Shown here one piece after another: positions 11,583-24,600 of a stretch of DNA of 64,000 bases (position 1 is its first letter; the number at the start of each line of letters is the position of its first letter). The stretch lies in assembly GCF_009914755.1 (NCBI RefSeq), contig NC_060937.1; one strand, 5' to 3'. A model generated the notes under the pieces. It ran no database searches and was not told where the DNA came from. It saw only the letters and a list, made by a program, of their open reading frames with translations. The translations under genes were made by a program, and so were the position numbers. This DNA is from the human T2T-CHM13v2.0 reference genome, Homo sapiens.

Positions 11583-14050
11583 AACACACATATGCGCGCA
11601 CACACACACCTGTGCACAGCACACACACATACATACACACCTACACACACAGACATACACACCTACACTCACCCACACCTACACACACACCTACACACAC
11701 ATACATACACACCTACACACACTCCTACTCATACACACCTATACACATACACACCTACATACATTCACACCTACACTTATACCCACAGCTACACACACAC
11801 ATACATACACACCCACACACACACCACATATACACACCTACACTCATACACACACTACACACATACACACCTACACTCATACACACCTACATTCATACAC
11901 ACCTACACTCATACACACAGCTACACACACCTACACATACACCTACACACATACACACCTACTCGTACACACCTACACACACTACACGCCTACACACCTA
12001 CACCAATACACACCTACACACACCCACACACATACACACCTACACTCATACACACCTATACACACCTGCACACCACACACATACACACCTATACACACTC
12101 CCTACATACTAGACATCTACACACACCTACACTCATACACACCTATACACACACTCCCTACACACATACACACCTACACACATACCCACACTCACACATA
12201 CCTATACACATACACCCCTACACACACACATACACACATACCTACACCTACACTCATACATACCTACACACACTGCACACCTACACACACATATCTACAC
12301 ACACCTACACACATGCACACCTACACCCATACACACCTATACACACCTACACACACCTACACATACACACATACACACACCTACACATACACATCTATAC
12401 ACACCTACATACAACTCATACCTATACACATACACACACACCTACACACATACACACCTATAACACACATACATATCTACACACATACAAACCTGCACAC
12501 ATATATGCATACACACCTATATATACACACCTACACACCTACACATACACACCTACACACATACATACCTACACTCATACACACATACACCCCTACACAC
12601 ATAGACACCTATACCTACACACACACCTACACTCATACACACCTACACACACACATACACACCTACAGTCACCCACAACTACACATACACACCTACACTC
12701 ACCCACAACTACACACACATACACACCTACACTCACCCATACCTACACACACATACATACACAACTACACTCATACACACCTATACACACATACACACCT
12801 ACATACATTCACACCTACACTCATACCCACAGCTACACACACACATACATACACACCCACACACACACCACATATACACACCTACACTCATACACACACC
12901 TACACACACATGCATACACACCTACATTCATACATACACACACCTACATTCATTCACACCTACACTCATACACAGCTACACACACCTACACACACTCTAC
13001 ACACCTACACACCTACACTAATACACACCTACACACACCCACACACATACACACCTACACTCATACACACCTATACATACCCCCTACACACCTACACACC
13101 TATACACATACACATCACACACATACACACCTATACACAATCCTTACCTACACACCTACACACACCTACACTCATACGCACCCATACACACACCCCTACA
13201 CACATACCTACACACACATACCTACACTCACACATACCTATGCACACATACACCCCTACACACACACACCTATACCTGCACTCATACATACCTACACACC
13301 TACACACACACCTACACATGCACACCTACACCCATACACACCTATACACACATACACACCTACACACACCTACACATACACACCTATACACACCTACACA
13401 CACCTACGCATACACACCTATACACACATAAACACCTACACACACCTACACATACACACCTATACACACATACACACCTACACACACTTACACATACACA
13501 CCTATACACACATACACACCTACACATACACACCTATACACACCTACATGACTCACATACCTATACACAAACACACCTACACATACACACCTATACACAC
13601 CTACATGACTCACATACCTATACACAAACACACCTACACACATACACACCTATAACATACATACCTACACACAAACCTGCACACATATATGCATACACAC
13701 CTATATACACACCTACACACATACACACCTACACACATACATACACACCTACACTCATACACACCTATATACACATACTTTTACACACCTACACATGCAC
13801 ACATACACACTTACACACATACATACCTAGACTCATACATACACCCCTACACACCTATACACAAGCCTACACACATACACACCTACACCTACACACACAT
13901 ACACTCATACACACCTATACACACACTCCTACACACCTGCACTCATACACACCTACTCATACATACACACCTACACTCATACACACCTATACGCACATAT
14001 ACCCCTACACGCCTACACACACACACATACACACACACATACATACACGT
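11583..14050. repeat. ~2.5-kb compound CA/TA simple repeat (units such as CACACCTA, CATACA)
   Basis: Directly visible. Almost no G on the + strand. Source of the His/Thr-rich ORFs. Confidence 0.98.
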
Positions 14051-15299
14051 GTACTTTCAGGATAACAAGGTAGTGACTTTACTGGAAACTCTAGCAATGG
14101 CACCGTGAGCTGCTGCTGTGCGGTGGGAAATTTGGAAACACAGGAGTAGCTGCGGTGCAGGGTCTGAGCTCCAAAGCTTCTCCCAGGCATCCTTGGGAAC
14201 TGCAGGACAGTGAACAGCAAATAGCCCGCCTGCCAGCTGTGCTCTGACTTCCTCCAGATGGTGTCTGGTCCTCTCATAGGGGCCTGTGGTCCCTCCTGCG
14301 AAAGTTCACTTTGAGGATCATCCCCAAATTCCAGACTTGAAGAGGCACAGAGGTGGCCGAGGCACAGAGGTGGCCAAGGCCAGAGTTTGCCCAGAGGCCA
14401 GTTTGGATTTAGGGCCACATTAAGGGGAGGTGAGACCATGAGTGCTTATGGTGGAGAAGCCACATGGATTTCAAGCAGTGGATGTGCCTCTGGGGAGGAC
14501 AGCAGGTTAAGGCCAGGGACTGAACTTGGACTGCCAGTGGTTTACCTGGCTGTTTTTGCTAAAACACAACTGAGTGGAACTATGCGCTGGGAGGAGGCAG
14601 GTGCCAGCAGTTAGAGCCTGGCTTGGCCCCGTGAGACCCTGGCCTCTCTTTTGCCTGGAAAGTTCCTATCCATTAGAGCAAGCCCTGCTGACAGATTGGG
14701 GACAGAGCTGAGTTGGACAATCCTGAGTGTGACTAATGGGAGTGATCACTTAGGTGCAAGGGCAGCCACTGTCCCTGGACTCTGGTTTTAGGAGGGGCCA
14801 TAGAAGCTCTGATCCACCGATCCTGAAGACAGCTAAAGCCCAACAGTGAACAGACATCTCTCTGGCAGCTGGATCATCCAGGGCCAGAGTTCTCGGCTGT
14901 CCCCACCCTTCTGAAGCCATCTGTGGGCATTGGGGAGACTCAGGTTACATAGGTGCTCCTTGTTTCTCTCCCCTTGCTGGGTTTTCATCAGGTTTTCTTC
15001 TGATGAAACATATTGAGAGAGGAATGCTCTGTTGTAAGAAGACTCTGAGAGGCGACAGGATTAAGCCACACAATACCTCTCAGCAAGATTTTTGCAGAAA
15101 AGCATATTGAAGTGTGGGCATTTCAGGAGAAGCCATAAAACCACAAGGCAGAAGTCCTTTGAGCAAATCAGCAGACAAATATGTTAGGATGAGGCTTCCC
15201 TTCCATCCTGAGCAGAACATTTTCAGTTTTCCAATTTAAGAAACCAAAGTGAACTGTTACCTTCCTCTATAAAGAAGAAACAATAGGAGCTTCTCATGA

Positions 15300-15302
<3 letters not shown>

Positions 15303-15332
<30 letters not shown>
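15303..15332 (+). repeat. Poly(A)30 tract
   Basis: Uninterrupted A run with no adjacent Alu or L1 body recognised. Confidence 0.95.
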
Positions 15333-15335
<3 letters not shown>

Positions 15336-16959
15336 TTGCTCAGAAAGATAGTAGCAGAGAACTTAGAAAATGTTATTTAAAAATGGAACACCTGAGACAG
15401 TAGGAAGAGAGGACACCATGTCAAGAGAAGAAATTGCAAACGTCTGGGTTGGTTTGGACTTGGATTTACTTGTTGAAAATGAAAGGATATTTCATATTCT
15501 GAACGATGAGCCAGCCACGCTGACAAGTTCACTGCTTAATCAGAGGAATCCAGCAAATTAATAGGTAATTCTGATGGAATAACAAAACCTGTCTCGGGTG
15601 GACCATAAATTATCGCCCTGCTGTAAGGGAAAGGTGACAATGTGGATTTGTCCAGGAAGAAGGAGGGAGAGAAATATTTTCAGGGTCAGTGGATTTCTCT
15701 CTCCTCTCTGTCTCTCTCGTCTCAGAACAACATAGGAGAGAACAAGGTTTTCCCCGTGAGTGGCGAGCTAATAAGCTTTGTGAGCAGGAGGTTCTATGCA
15801 TTAGGAAAGGATTAACCCATGGCTAGCTCCTCTGTTTGCACAAGGAGGTGGCCCTCTGCTATTGCTGTGAAGGAGCAATTGGAATCCACAGTATTTCAGA
15901 AGGGCCTGAGGTCTCTAATGCTCCCTCAAGAGCCATCCTCCCAGCCCTGCTTCCTCCTTAGCTAGCTCTGGGACCTGGCATTCGGCACCGTTTCATTTTT
16001 ACAGCTGCCTACCCCATCCTGAGCACATTTGCACAGCAAGGAGACGGGCCAGTTCCCTGGGCTCTACCCTGGCCTCGTTAGGGCTGACTTGAAGCCTCCA
16101 TCTCGCCGATTCTGAGCGCCTCTGTGTTCTCTGTGTTTGCACCGATTGTTCCCATGGCTTGGAATATCTTCCTCCTCTTTCTCTTGGCTAATTCCTGCTA
16201 ATCTCTCAGGCCCTCTCTTAGGGACACTTTCTTCAGAAAGCCTCTGATTGCCCATGGCAGTTAGATGACTTTTCAAAGTGATCCCACGTGTCTGTCTTGG
16301 GCGTTCCTCCTTCACGACCCTGGTCATGCTGGACGGCAACTCTCTACTTCTTTCTCACACAGGCCTGTGAGTGTGGGAGCGGCAGTGGTTAGGACTTTTG
16401 TTGTGTGGCCCCAGATCCAGCAGAGGGATCGGGGCATATGATAGGAACTTGCTGGAGGTGGGAGCAGAAGACTCGCCTACGTGACAGATGGTGGGGAGGG
16501 CGTTGCGGGGTGTGTCGGAGAGGGCTTCCCCAGGCTAAAATTCCTTTTAGTAGTACAGGTTCAGGGTATGTCCTTCCAGGTGGTGGAGAATAGGTTCTCC
16601 AAGAGGATTTTGAAAGTCCAGGAAAGAATGGACAATGATGTGTGAAAATTAGAAGATTCTTGGGAAAGGCTCCACCTCCTGCTTCCAACAAGAATGCACG
16701 GATGGAGCCATTGATGACATCTTATGATAATAATACACTTACCCTGTCACAGGGGGACTGTGCTCCTGGATGGAAAATGTGGAGGAGACCAAGACCCATG
16801 TCAAACTCATACCAAAATGTGTTCCACGATTCCCACATAGCATCTCCCAGGACCAGTTTTGAGGAACACACTTTGGGAGACATTGATATTTCCTTTCCCT
16901 TTAAACTTTACAAATGATACCTCAGTTTTAAGACTGTGGAAACTTCGGTCTCTTCAGCC

Positions 16960-17284
16960 TTTATTTCTTCCTTTCCTCCTTTGCTCTCTTCCTCCCTCCC
17001 TCCTTGGCTTCTCGCTCTTTCTTTCTCTTTCCTTCCTCCCTCTTTCTTTCTTTTTTTCTTCCTTTCCTTCCTTCTTTCTTTCTTTTTCTTTCTTTCTCTT
17101 TATTTCTCTTTTTCTTTCTCTTTCTTTCTTCTTTTTCTTTTCTTTCTTTCTTTTTATTTCTTCTTTCTTTTTCTTTCTTCTTTCTTTCTTTTTCTCTCCT
17201 TCCTTCCTTCCTTCCTTCCTTCCTTCCCCCTTCCTTCTTTCTCTTTCTTTCTTTTTCTTTCCTCTCTCTCTTTCTTTTTCCTTC
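16960..17284. repeat. (TTTC/TTCC)n polypyrimidine low-complexity tract
   Basis: About 320 bp of nearly pure C/T. Confidence 0.97.
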
Positions 17285-18942
17285 TAGGGGTTTACTAAGG
17301 GTGACATTTGAATTGTTGTAATAGAGTGGGCCACAAGTGTATTTGCATGTGACTGATGGCTGGCTTGCAAGCAGCCTGCACGGTCTCCACATGCTGAGAG
17401 CCAGTCTCAGGCTGGTAGTGATGCTGTGCCCCTGACAAACTGGTGTTCTGTCATCTGTGAGTGATAAATCAGTCACCCCACCCTGTGAACATCCAGGGTA
17501 AAAGATTTCTCACTAGATGGAAGTTCTTAAGAACAGGAATTGTGCTAGTTTATCTCAGCCTCCACAGTACATCACCCGTCGTAGGTCCTTTTAACGCTTG
17601 CTGGGTTAATGGACATCGTGCAATATTAGTGCATGACAAGAGGTAAAATCTCACAGTAATTAAAGATGGCAGAGAGGACTCAGGAAAGCCTTCCAGCTCA
17701 GATCCCAGGAGTCAAGCCAAGAGTACCATGGGGTGCATGTACCATTGAACAGGCAGATGGTAGACACACATCCTCAAGTTAGAGACTGGAAGATGCCATA
17801 CATGCAATGTCTTGCTACATGTGGGTGTGTACATCAGCTGAACCCTGGACTAAGAGTCTCAGAATAAATGGCAAACTTTCCAGCTTGAGATGTATTTTCT
17901 TGTCTTTAAAGTCTTCTGATCCATAGTGAAAATAAACATAGAGAATGAAGTTTCTCTTTTCTAGGCTCAAATGAAGGGCCTTCCATGTTGTTGGCACTCA
18001 CTCAAGAAACATTTAAATGAATGATTTGGAAGTGCAGGCAAGCTGGCTGGGACATCTGTCACTGTGCTGATGGCCAGCATGGATTTGGTCGGTCCAGCTG
18101 GCTGGGTGTGGCTTCTTGTCTTCCCCTGGTGCTCCTCCTGGAGCTTGGTGGGGGGCGTGGGGGGTGGGGGGCAGGCTACCTTCTAAGGAAGAGCACAGCT
18201 TTTCTTCCATTTAGGAGATGTTATAAGAACATTTCCAGGATGCTCCTACACCTGTTTTGTATTTGTTACCCAGTTACTTCCATTTCCAGGTCTGCCTTCC
18301 CTGTACATGAGTGCCACCTTGCCCACTACCCATCCAAATGGCCAGGAGTTGTGGAAGGTCCTTCTTTCCCAATTCCCATATGTGGCAGTTTTATCATTTC
18401 CAATCCCAGACTTGTGCTTGAGGCTTTCACGCCAAGGCCCAGGTTTTCGATGGCAGGTTTTTGGCAGAGCTGCCAGCCTCGTAAAACAAGGTAATGGTCT
18501 TTAGGAAGTAATCACTTTAGCTATTGTTTCCCAGCAGTTGCCAGAGAGTCTAGAAAGGACCCAGTGACTTCACGACAGTACAGTACAGCAAAAGGGAGAA
18601 CAGCAGCTGCAGCAGCAGCCTGTGGATGGCAGGGAAGGTGACTGCTAATTTTACAGGCACTTGGAGATATTCTGGCACCTTCATAGGACACCAGGGAACC
18701 TGCAGTCACTTTTGCTGGCTGACTTTTCAATCTCCTAGCATTGAAAAGCTCGACAGGAAAGAACTTAAATCCATTGTACAGTTTTGCAATTTTCTCTAAG
18801 GCCAATATTACACATGGAATGCCTAATGGGAAATTGCTACAAAAGTGGCAGCTAATTACAGGTTAGTGGATAAAACAACACCCTTCTCTGGAGAGCCTGT
18901 GCACGTAGGTTGAAGGATAAAATAGGGCTGAATGGTATTTGG

Positions 18943-18948
18943 TTTATT
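18943..18948 (-). terminator. Distal poly(A) signal AATAAA
   Basis: TTTATT on +. A GU-rich element (GGGTGTTGTTTT on -) lies ~60 nt downstream, at the end of the repeat-free UTR-like block. Confidence 0.7.
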
Positions 18949-21628
18949 TGTATTTATCCAAGTCAGTGGCCCAGGCAGGAACGTAATATATGAAAAGGGA
19001 CATTTTTGAAATAGCTGTTTTTGAATTATGCTCATGAAATACACACTGTGCTATGGAGGACATGTGGGAAAGCTACACTCTGACCGCATGACTAATTTTT
19101 AAAGCCTTGCATAGAGAGAATTCCCCCTAAGAACACAGCTGGGCTATTCCTTCGTGAACTGAATGTGTCAATTGTGAATTGAACTAAGGTGAAATTTTAC
19201 TCCAATATGGCAAATGAACTGAGGAGCGTACCCTTCAGCTAAGGTATTATGTAGTAGTTCATACACCAAGTACTATTATTTTATTAACTTTAAGAACATG
19301 TTTTACATAAAAACAGGCAACATCAAAAAAGCTCAGTTGATAAATGAACATAATATATCACAGATGATTTCATTCCACATTAACCTACATGTATCAGCTT
19401 AAACTGAAGGATTAGGGGGAAAAATTGGATCTCATTCCACCTTTAATTAAGGACACAAATTGTTTGAAAGTTATTTCATTAGGATTCTGAAAATCAAAGA
19501 TTAACCTATGCCATCTGATCCATGCAGCAAGTGATAAATTCAGTATTTTCAAAAGAAATATTGAATTTTTTTCTTGAGTCAAATTGAAACCTTTCAGAAA
19601 CTTGTTTAAATGCGCCAAGTCCCTACGCACCTTTTTAGTATGTATGAGCAAAATACTGTTGAATTTCACACTCAACTAATCCTTTAATAATTTTCTTTCA
19701 GCCAGAATGAAAAAGGCTAGTATTAATTTCCTAATAAAATTTTTTTTCAAAAGTTATCGAGGATATGACTATAACCTTGGACCAGTTTCAATTTCTTTTT
19801 ATTTTTTCTGAGAATACACCAAAGATTAATGTCAATGGCAAGTGAGAAATTGTCCCTAGAGAACTATTCAAGGACTTTTTCTTACTACATTTGATTGGAC
19901 TGGAGTGAACTGACATTATAGCATCTTTATCATCACCTTTAAAATTCTATTTTCTCTTAGTAGCAACAGTGAAGACTTTAGAACTATTACTTACTTTAAA
20001 TTATTAAAGTATATCACAGACAAAATATTCAATTTTACATTAAAGCAACATTAAGGGTCTCAATTTCATTGAACAGAAACAAATGCTGAAGAAATTTACA
20101 GGTATGATTTAATTTTAGAGAGTGTTCTTTCTTTAGGGAACAAAATGAAACTAGATCTCTCATTTGTCTGTATGGGCAAGATATGGTAAACCTCATGATC
20201 AAAACACATGCCAGTTAGAAACTTGATCACAGAAATGATGCTCAGTGTTGAAACCCAACAATAAACAAACAAACAAAAACCCCCACTCTAACCAGAGGCA
20301 TTTAAGCCTCTCCACTGAAGTTCCTGTTTCCCACCAGTTTACGACCCTTAATGTTACTGCATGTATGGTTGCATATTTGAGATGATTAAAAATAAAAGAC
20401 TGGCTTAAAAGCACCTCCTCCTCTAGTGTGTAATTACATACAAACTAAAGATTCCTTCTGACGTCCTAGGAACCCCATTTGTTACCGTTTCATGTGTAAG
20501 CACCATTGAACCAATTTTTAAAGCACATTTGCAGTTATCAAATGTTTAGTGTGTCCTCAAGTTTCACTGATTTGTTTGCCTTTAAGCAAGAAAAGAGTAA
20601 AGTGTATTATTTTCCCCTGCTTCTTATCATATCTGAATTGTCAAAAAATGTTAATTTTGGAAGTGCTTTTAATCACTATTTTCCCCAACAGACTAGAATG
20701 GCTCCATGAAATTTGACAATTAAGTAAGGAAATCTTTATCCCCAAAAGAAGCACGTATCTTACCCTCTAAACTGCATGCAAAGTAAGGGTCTGTGTGAGA
20801 GTATTTTCCCCAAACTCCTAATGGACATGGCAGACAATGTGTAGAAAAATCTGAGTTTTGAACTGACCAACTTCAAGTCTTTTAAAATCTTTGGGCAAAA
20901 AAAAATATCATGTAGCAGTTAAAAAAATTATTGACTTACAAATTATAGAAAAGATATGTTATCTACAATATATGCCAGGTGACCCATTAAATTTAAAAAA
21001 TGTGTGCGAATGAGTAACTACATTAAAACTACCATCTTGGATCTTGGTGCTTTCCAAAATTCTGAAATCACTATTAAGGAGGGACCATACCAGATTTTTT
21101 TGTTGTTCTTTTCCTTGGAGAATGGGGAAGAAGTTGGAAAGAGAAGGAAGTAAACCTTCACTCTTTGGTACAGCCCTGTATAGCAAACTTCAGCCTGGGG
21201 CACATTTTTATGGTCAAATTAAAAACCTTTGAGAATAGGAGTTTATCATAGAAATGCTGACAGATCCTAACCCAGAGAAGGGCTAAGAGCAACACAGTAA
21301 TATTAAGAAAGCTCTCCCTCAGCACGATTGAGCTTCAGCGCAAGGGATAGAGTTGTCTAGTGGACGCCCTTGGCCAGTAAACAACCATGATTTAATGTGC
21401 TTGAGACTTGGTCATATGGGAGCTCTGTGACCCTCTAAGCCAAATTTTCTTTTCTTTTTGTTTTCAACTGAAATATGCCTCAAAGGGTAAAGGATTGCAA
21501 TTTTAGCCTTCATTCATGGATATATTGCTTTCTTTCAACAATATCTGATGGGCCTGTTAACTGCCACCCATGGGGAGCAGGTTGCAGGAAGGTCTCATTG
21601 AACACAAAACACCAAGTGTTTTCAGTAG

Positions 21629-21634
21629 TTTATT
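21629..21634 (-). terminator. Proximal poly(A) signal AATAAA
   Basis: TTTATT on +. The downstream GU element GGTGTTTTGTGTT (21601-21613) sits at suitable spacing. Confidence 0.65.
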
Positions 21635-24600
21635 CACATTTTTTTTTCTCTGCTTATTTTAATATGCACCACGTGTAAGTTAGATGAGGGCTACGGTAAA
21701 AACATTTTTGATGACTGAAATCTTACTTTTCCTTCTAACGATCTGGAGCAAATCACATATTCATTGATCATGACGAATAAAATGATTTCTGCTACAATGT
21801 TGAGAAAAAATGTGTTCATTAATATGAACACATGTCTACAGAGATGATTTACACGATGCAAGTAATGAAAGAGTTCTTCCTTAACTAGTCTACTATCAAA
21901 CTGAAAAGATGAATCTTAAAATTCCCTTGAAAATACCATATGATTGGTCATGTGTCAGTAAAAGAAAGACGGTCCCCATCACCAGGCCACCACCATAAGA
22001 GAGCTATATTAAATACTTGGGAAAAAATATGGAAACACCGGTGGTGATGATTAAATTGATAATTACATAGATACACTGCCATAATGATACATATTTGTTC
22101 TATGATAAGTGAAATCAAAAATAAGATCAATTTGGTTATAGAAATTCCTTAAAGAACACCACCACTTAATTATTTCAAACTTGAACTATCCCAAGAATGT
22201 CGAGAAAAAAATTAGAAAGCACTGGCTAAAAGCAAAGCAATCTGGATACACCAATGTAGTCAGCATGCCTTGTGCTTGTCTGTTAACCCTCTGAGTACAT
22301 CTCTGACATTCAGGATCTTGGTAGCTTAATGTTAGAAAGATTGCATTCCACCTGATTACTCAAGATTTCTACTTGACTGGTCACATTCCACTGTTTATTC
22401 AGCATAGATCACTCAAATTCTACAGTGATGTGCTGGGATCCCCATGCTGAATGGGCCCTGCATTCTTCTGAGCTGCCCTTCTGCAGTGTGCTGAGAAACA
22501 CCCCCTAGCTTCACACGGTCCAGAGTCCCCCTAGACGTCGATGGGAAAAGGCCTGAGCCATGCACCGCAGGCTCAGTACACTAGATGCTGTAGCAATATA
22601 GTTAATGCCCACAGAAAAAGCAGTAATTCAGAGAAAGAAAGGAAAATGACAGTCCACTGCAGGTAGGTCTCTGCCCATTGCATTCTTCACACTTTTAGAG
22701 TTGAGGCCAGGCTGTAGAGCTACTCCATAGCCTTGGAATAGTGCTTTGCTTTATATTTCTAGAGAAAGCAGTAATTTCCAACTAGTTCAGTGTTCCTCAT
22801 TAATATGGAATCTACCTACACACCAACACTCTTTCTGGTGTTCTGTGCCCCCTACCCCCACCTCCCCCCCAAAAACAACTCAACTAATTTACTGATTTAT
22901 GCTACTTTGTGATTTTGCGTGTTATCACTTCCGGATGCTCTAAAAGGGGGGGAAAAAAACCTCAATAAACGATATGCTTTTTACATGTCAGGACAACACA
23001 GACCACAGAGATGAACCTAAATGTAAAAGAGCAAAAAATTTTGGTGATGGTGTTGCAAAAGTAATGACATGTGATTTAAAAATCCATATTAATGTAGACC
23101 ATAGTTTCAGGGTTGAAGAGTAAAAATGCAGCAAGTGAAGATCAACGTGCATTTGAAAATAAAGGACTATAGAAACGTTGTTCACAAATTTTAAGACTCT
23201 CAGGTATTAAAGTATATTCAAAACAGAGAACATAGGTACTGTTCAGCCACCAGATGCAAATTTCATGAGATATCCCTCTCTGGTTGTCTCGTGGATCCCA
23301 GAGCCCAGCAAACCTTGGGAATACATTTGAGTTGGGCACCTGCCTCTAAGACACCCCAGGAGAATCCTCTCTGAGCACTGTGGTGATGCACAGAACCTGT
23401 GAATCCCCATTCTAAAATGGAATCTGTTCCAGAAGAAACTCAGGCCTGGAGACACTGCACTAGGGAGATAGATTTGGTAACAAGAGTGAAAATACAGGTC
23501 TCAGACAGGACTTGGCCCAAAGACAGAAAAAACACTCTGACCTCCTGGACAGCTAAAGACAGTGGTATTTAAAAAAAATCATTTTAGGGGATGGAGGTTT
23601 TATCCTCAGGGGTATCATCTAGGTCTTTCATCCTGATCTTCCTAGGAGACTATATAGGTAACCTAAAGGTGCACATGGAATTGTCTTGCCAGTGGTTTAT
23701 TCACTGAAAACTTATTGTTAGAACATTCTGGATTGTGTTCCCAGTGTGCTTTCTCCTCAGCCATCTTGCAAAGCAACTGCCTCCAGTCCCCTTGTGCCCC
23801 AGCTCTCCTATGTGTGGATTTCATACTAGATGTAGATTGCACAGTGATGACCACAGTGCGTGGAAAAGCAGGTGAGAAAAATCACAGGATCTTATTCCCT
23901 CTTTCTGTTTGAAATTCCAGCCCTGCAGAGCACCGGGCAATTTATTGCTCTTTTCCACCAGTTGTTTCTTTCCTGTAGATGTCTGACACTGAGTAGAGAG
24001 ACCCTCACTCACCAAGCACAAGACAAGCTGTGGTGACTCCCTGAGAGTCTGCGCTGGCGCTAGCAGCAGCTGATATGGAAGCAGCATTTCTGGGGCGTCA
24101 TCAGTACATCTTCATGTGGAGACAATTTGGGGGGCACCATCTATTTCCTGGGTCAAGCTCTTTGCCACAAACCCAATTCCCTCCACTTGGGATGCAGAAC
24201 TCACTGCAACTGACAGTCATATCTCTAATGAAAAAAAAAATCTGTTTCTGAATAGGATTGTGAAGAAGAAAGAACCGTGCGTGTGTCGAAGTTATAAACC
24301 TGCCACGTTCTAAACCCACAGAAAAGGACAAACAAGATATCATTCTAAATGTCCTTCTTTTCTGGACATTTCAGCATCTAACAACACCCCTTGATCTGCA
24401 GTAAAATCAAGAAACATGTGTGTATACATCCAAAGGCCTGAAAAATTCCCAAACAAGAATTCTCAATAAAATTCTATGCACTCAGAGGGTTAACAAGTGC
24501 TATATTACATACTGCAGATCCTAGCTTGACTGATGAAAACATTCATTGCTTCTAAGTTTAAAAAAAAATTGCAAATTGGCCTTAACCCTTTGAGGACTCT

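Noticed and set aside
11583-14050. CRISPR-like or spacer array
   Set aside because: No constant repeat with unique spacers, and the context is eukaryotic.
11421-14108. 744-aa and overlapping His/Thr/Tyr-rich ORFs
   Set aside because: The CA-rich repeat lacks G and rarely has TAA, so several frames stay open. This is a composition artefact.
14342-14375. Perfect 17-bp tandem duplication gaggcacagaggtggcc
   Set aside because: Real, but a two-copy slippage event with no supportable function.
16859-17476. Phe/Ser/Leu-rich and Lys/Arg/Glu-rich ORFs
   Set aside because: Translations of the TTTC/TTCC tract.
18147-18175. G-rich tract as a terminator pause element
   Set aside because: Only three G6 runs, and on the strand opposite to the DCLK1 RNA, which would be C-rich here.
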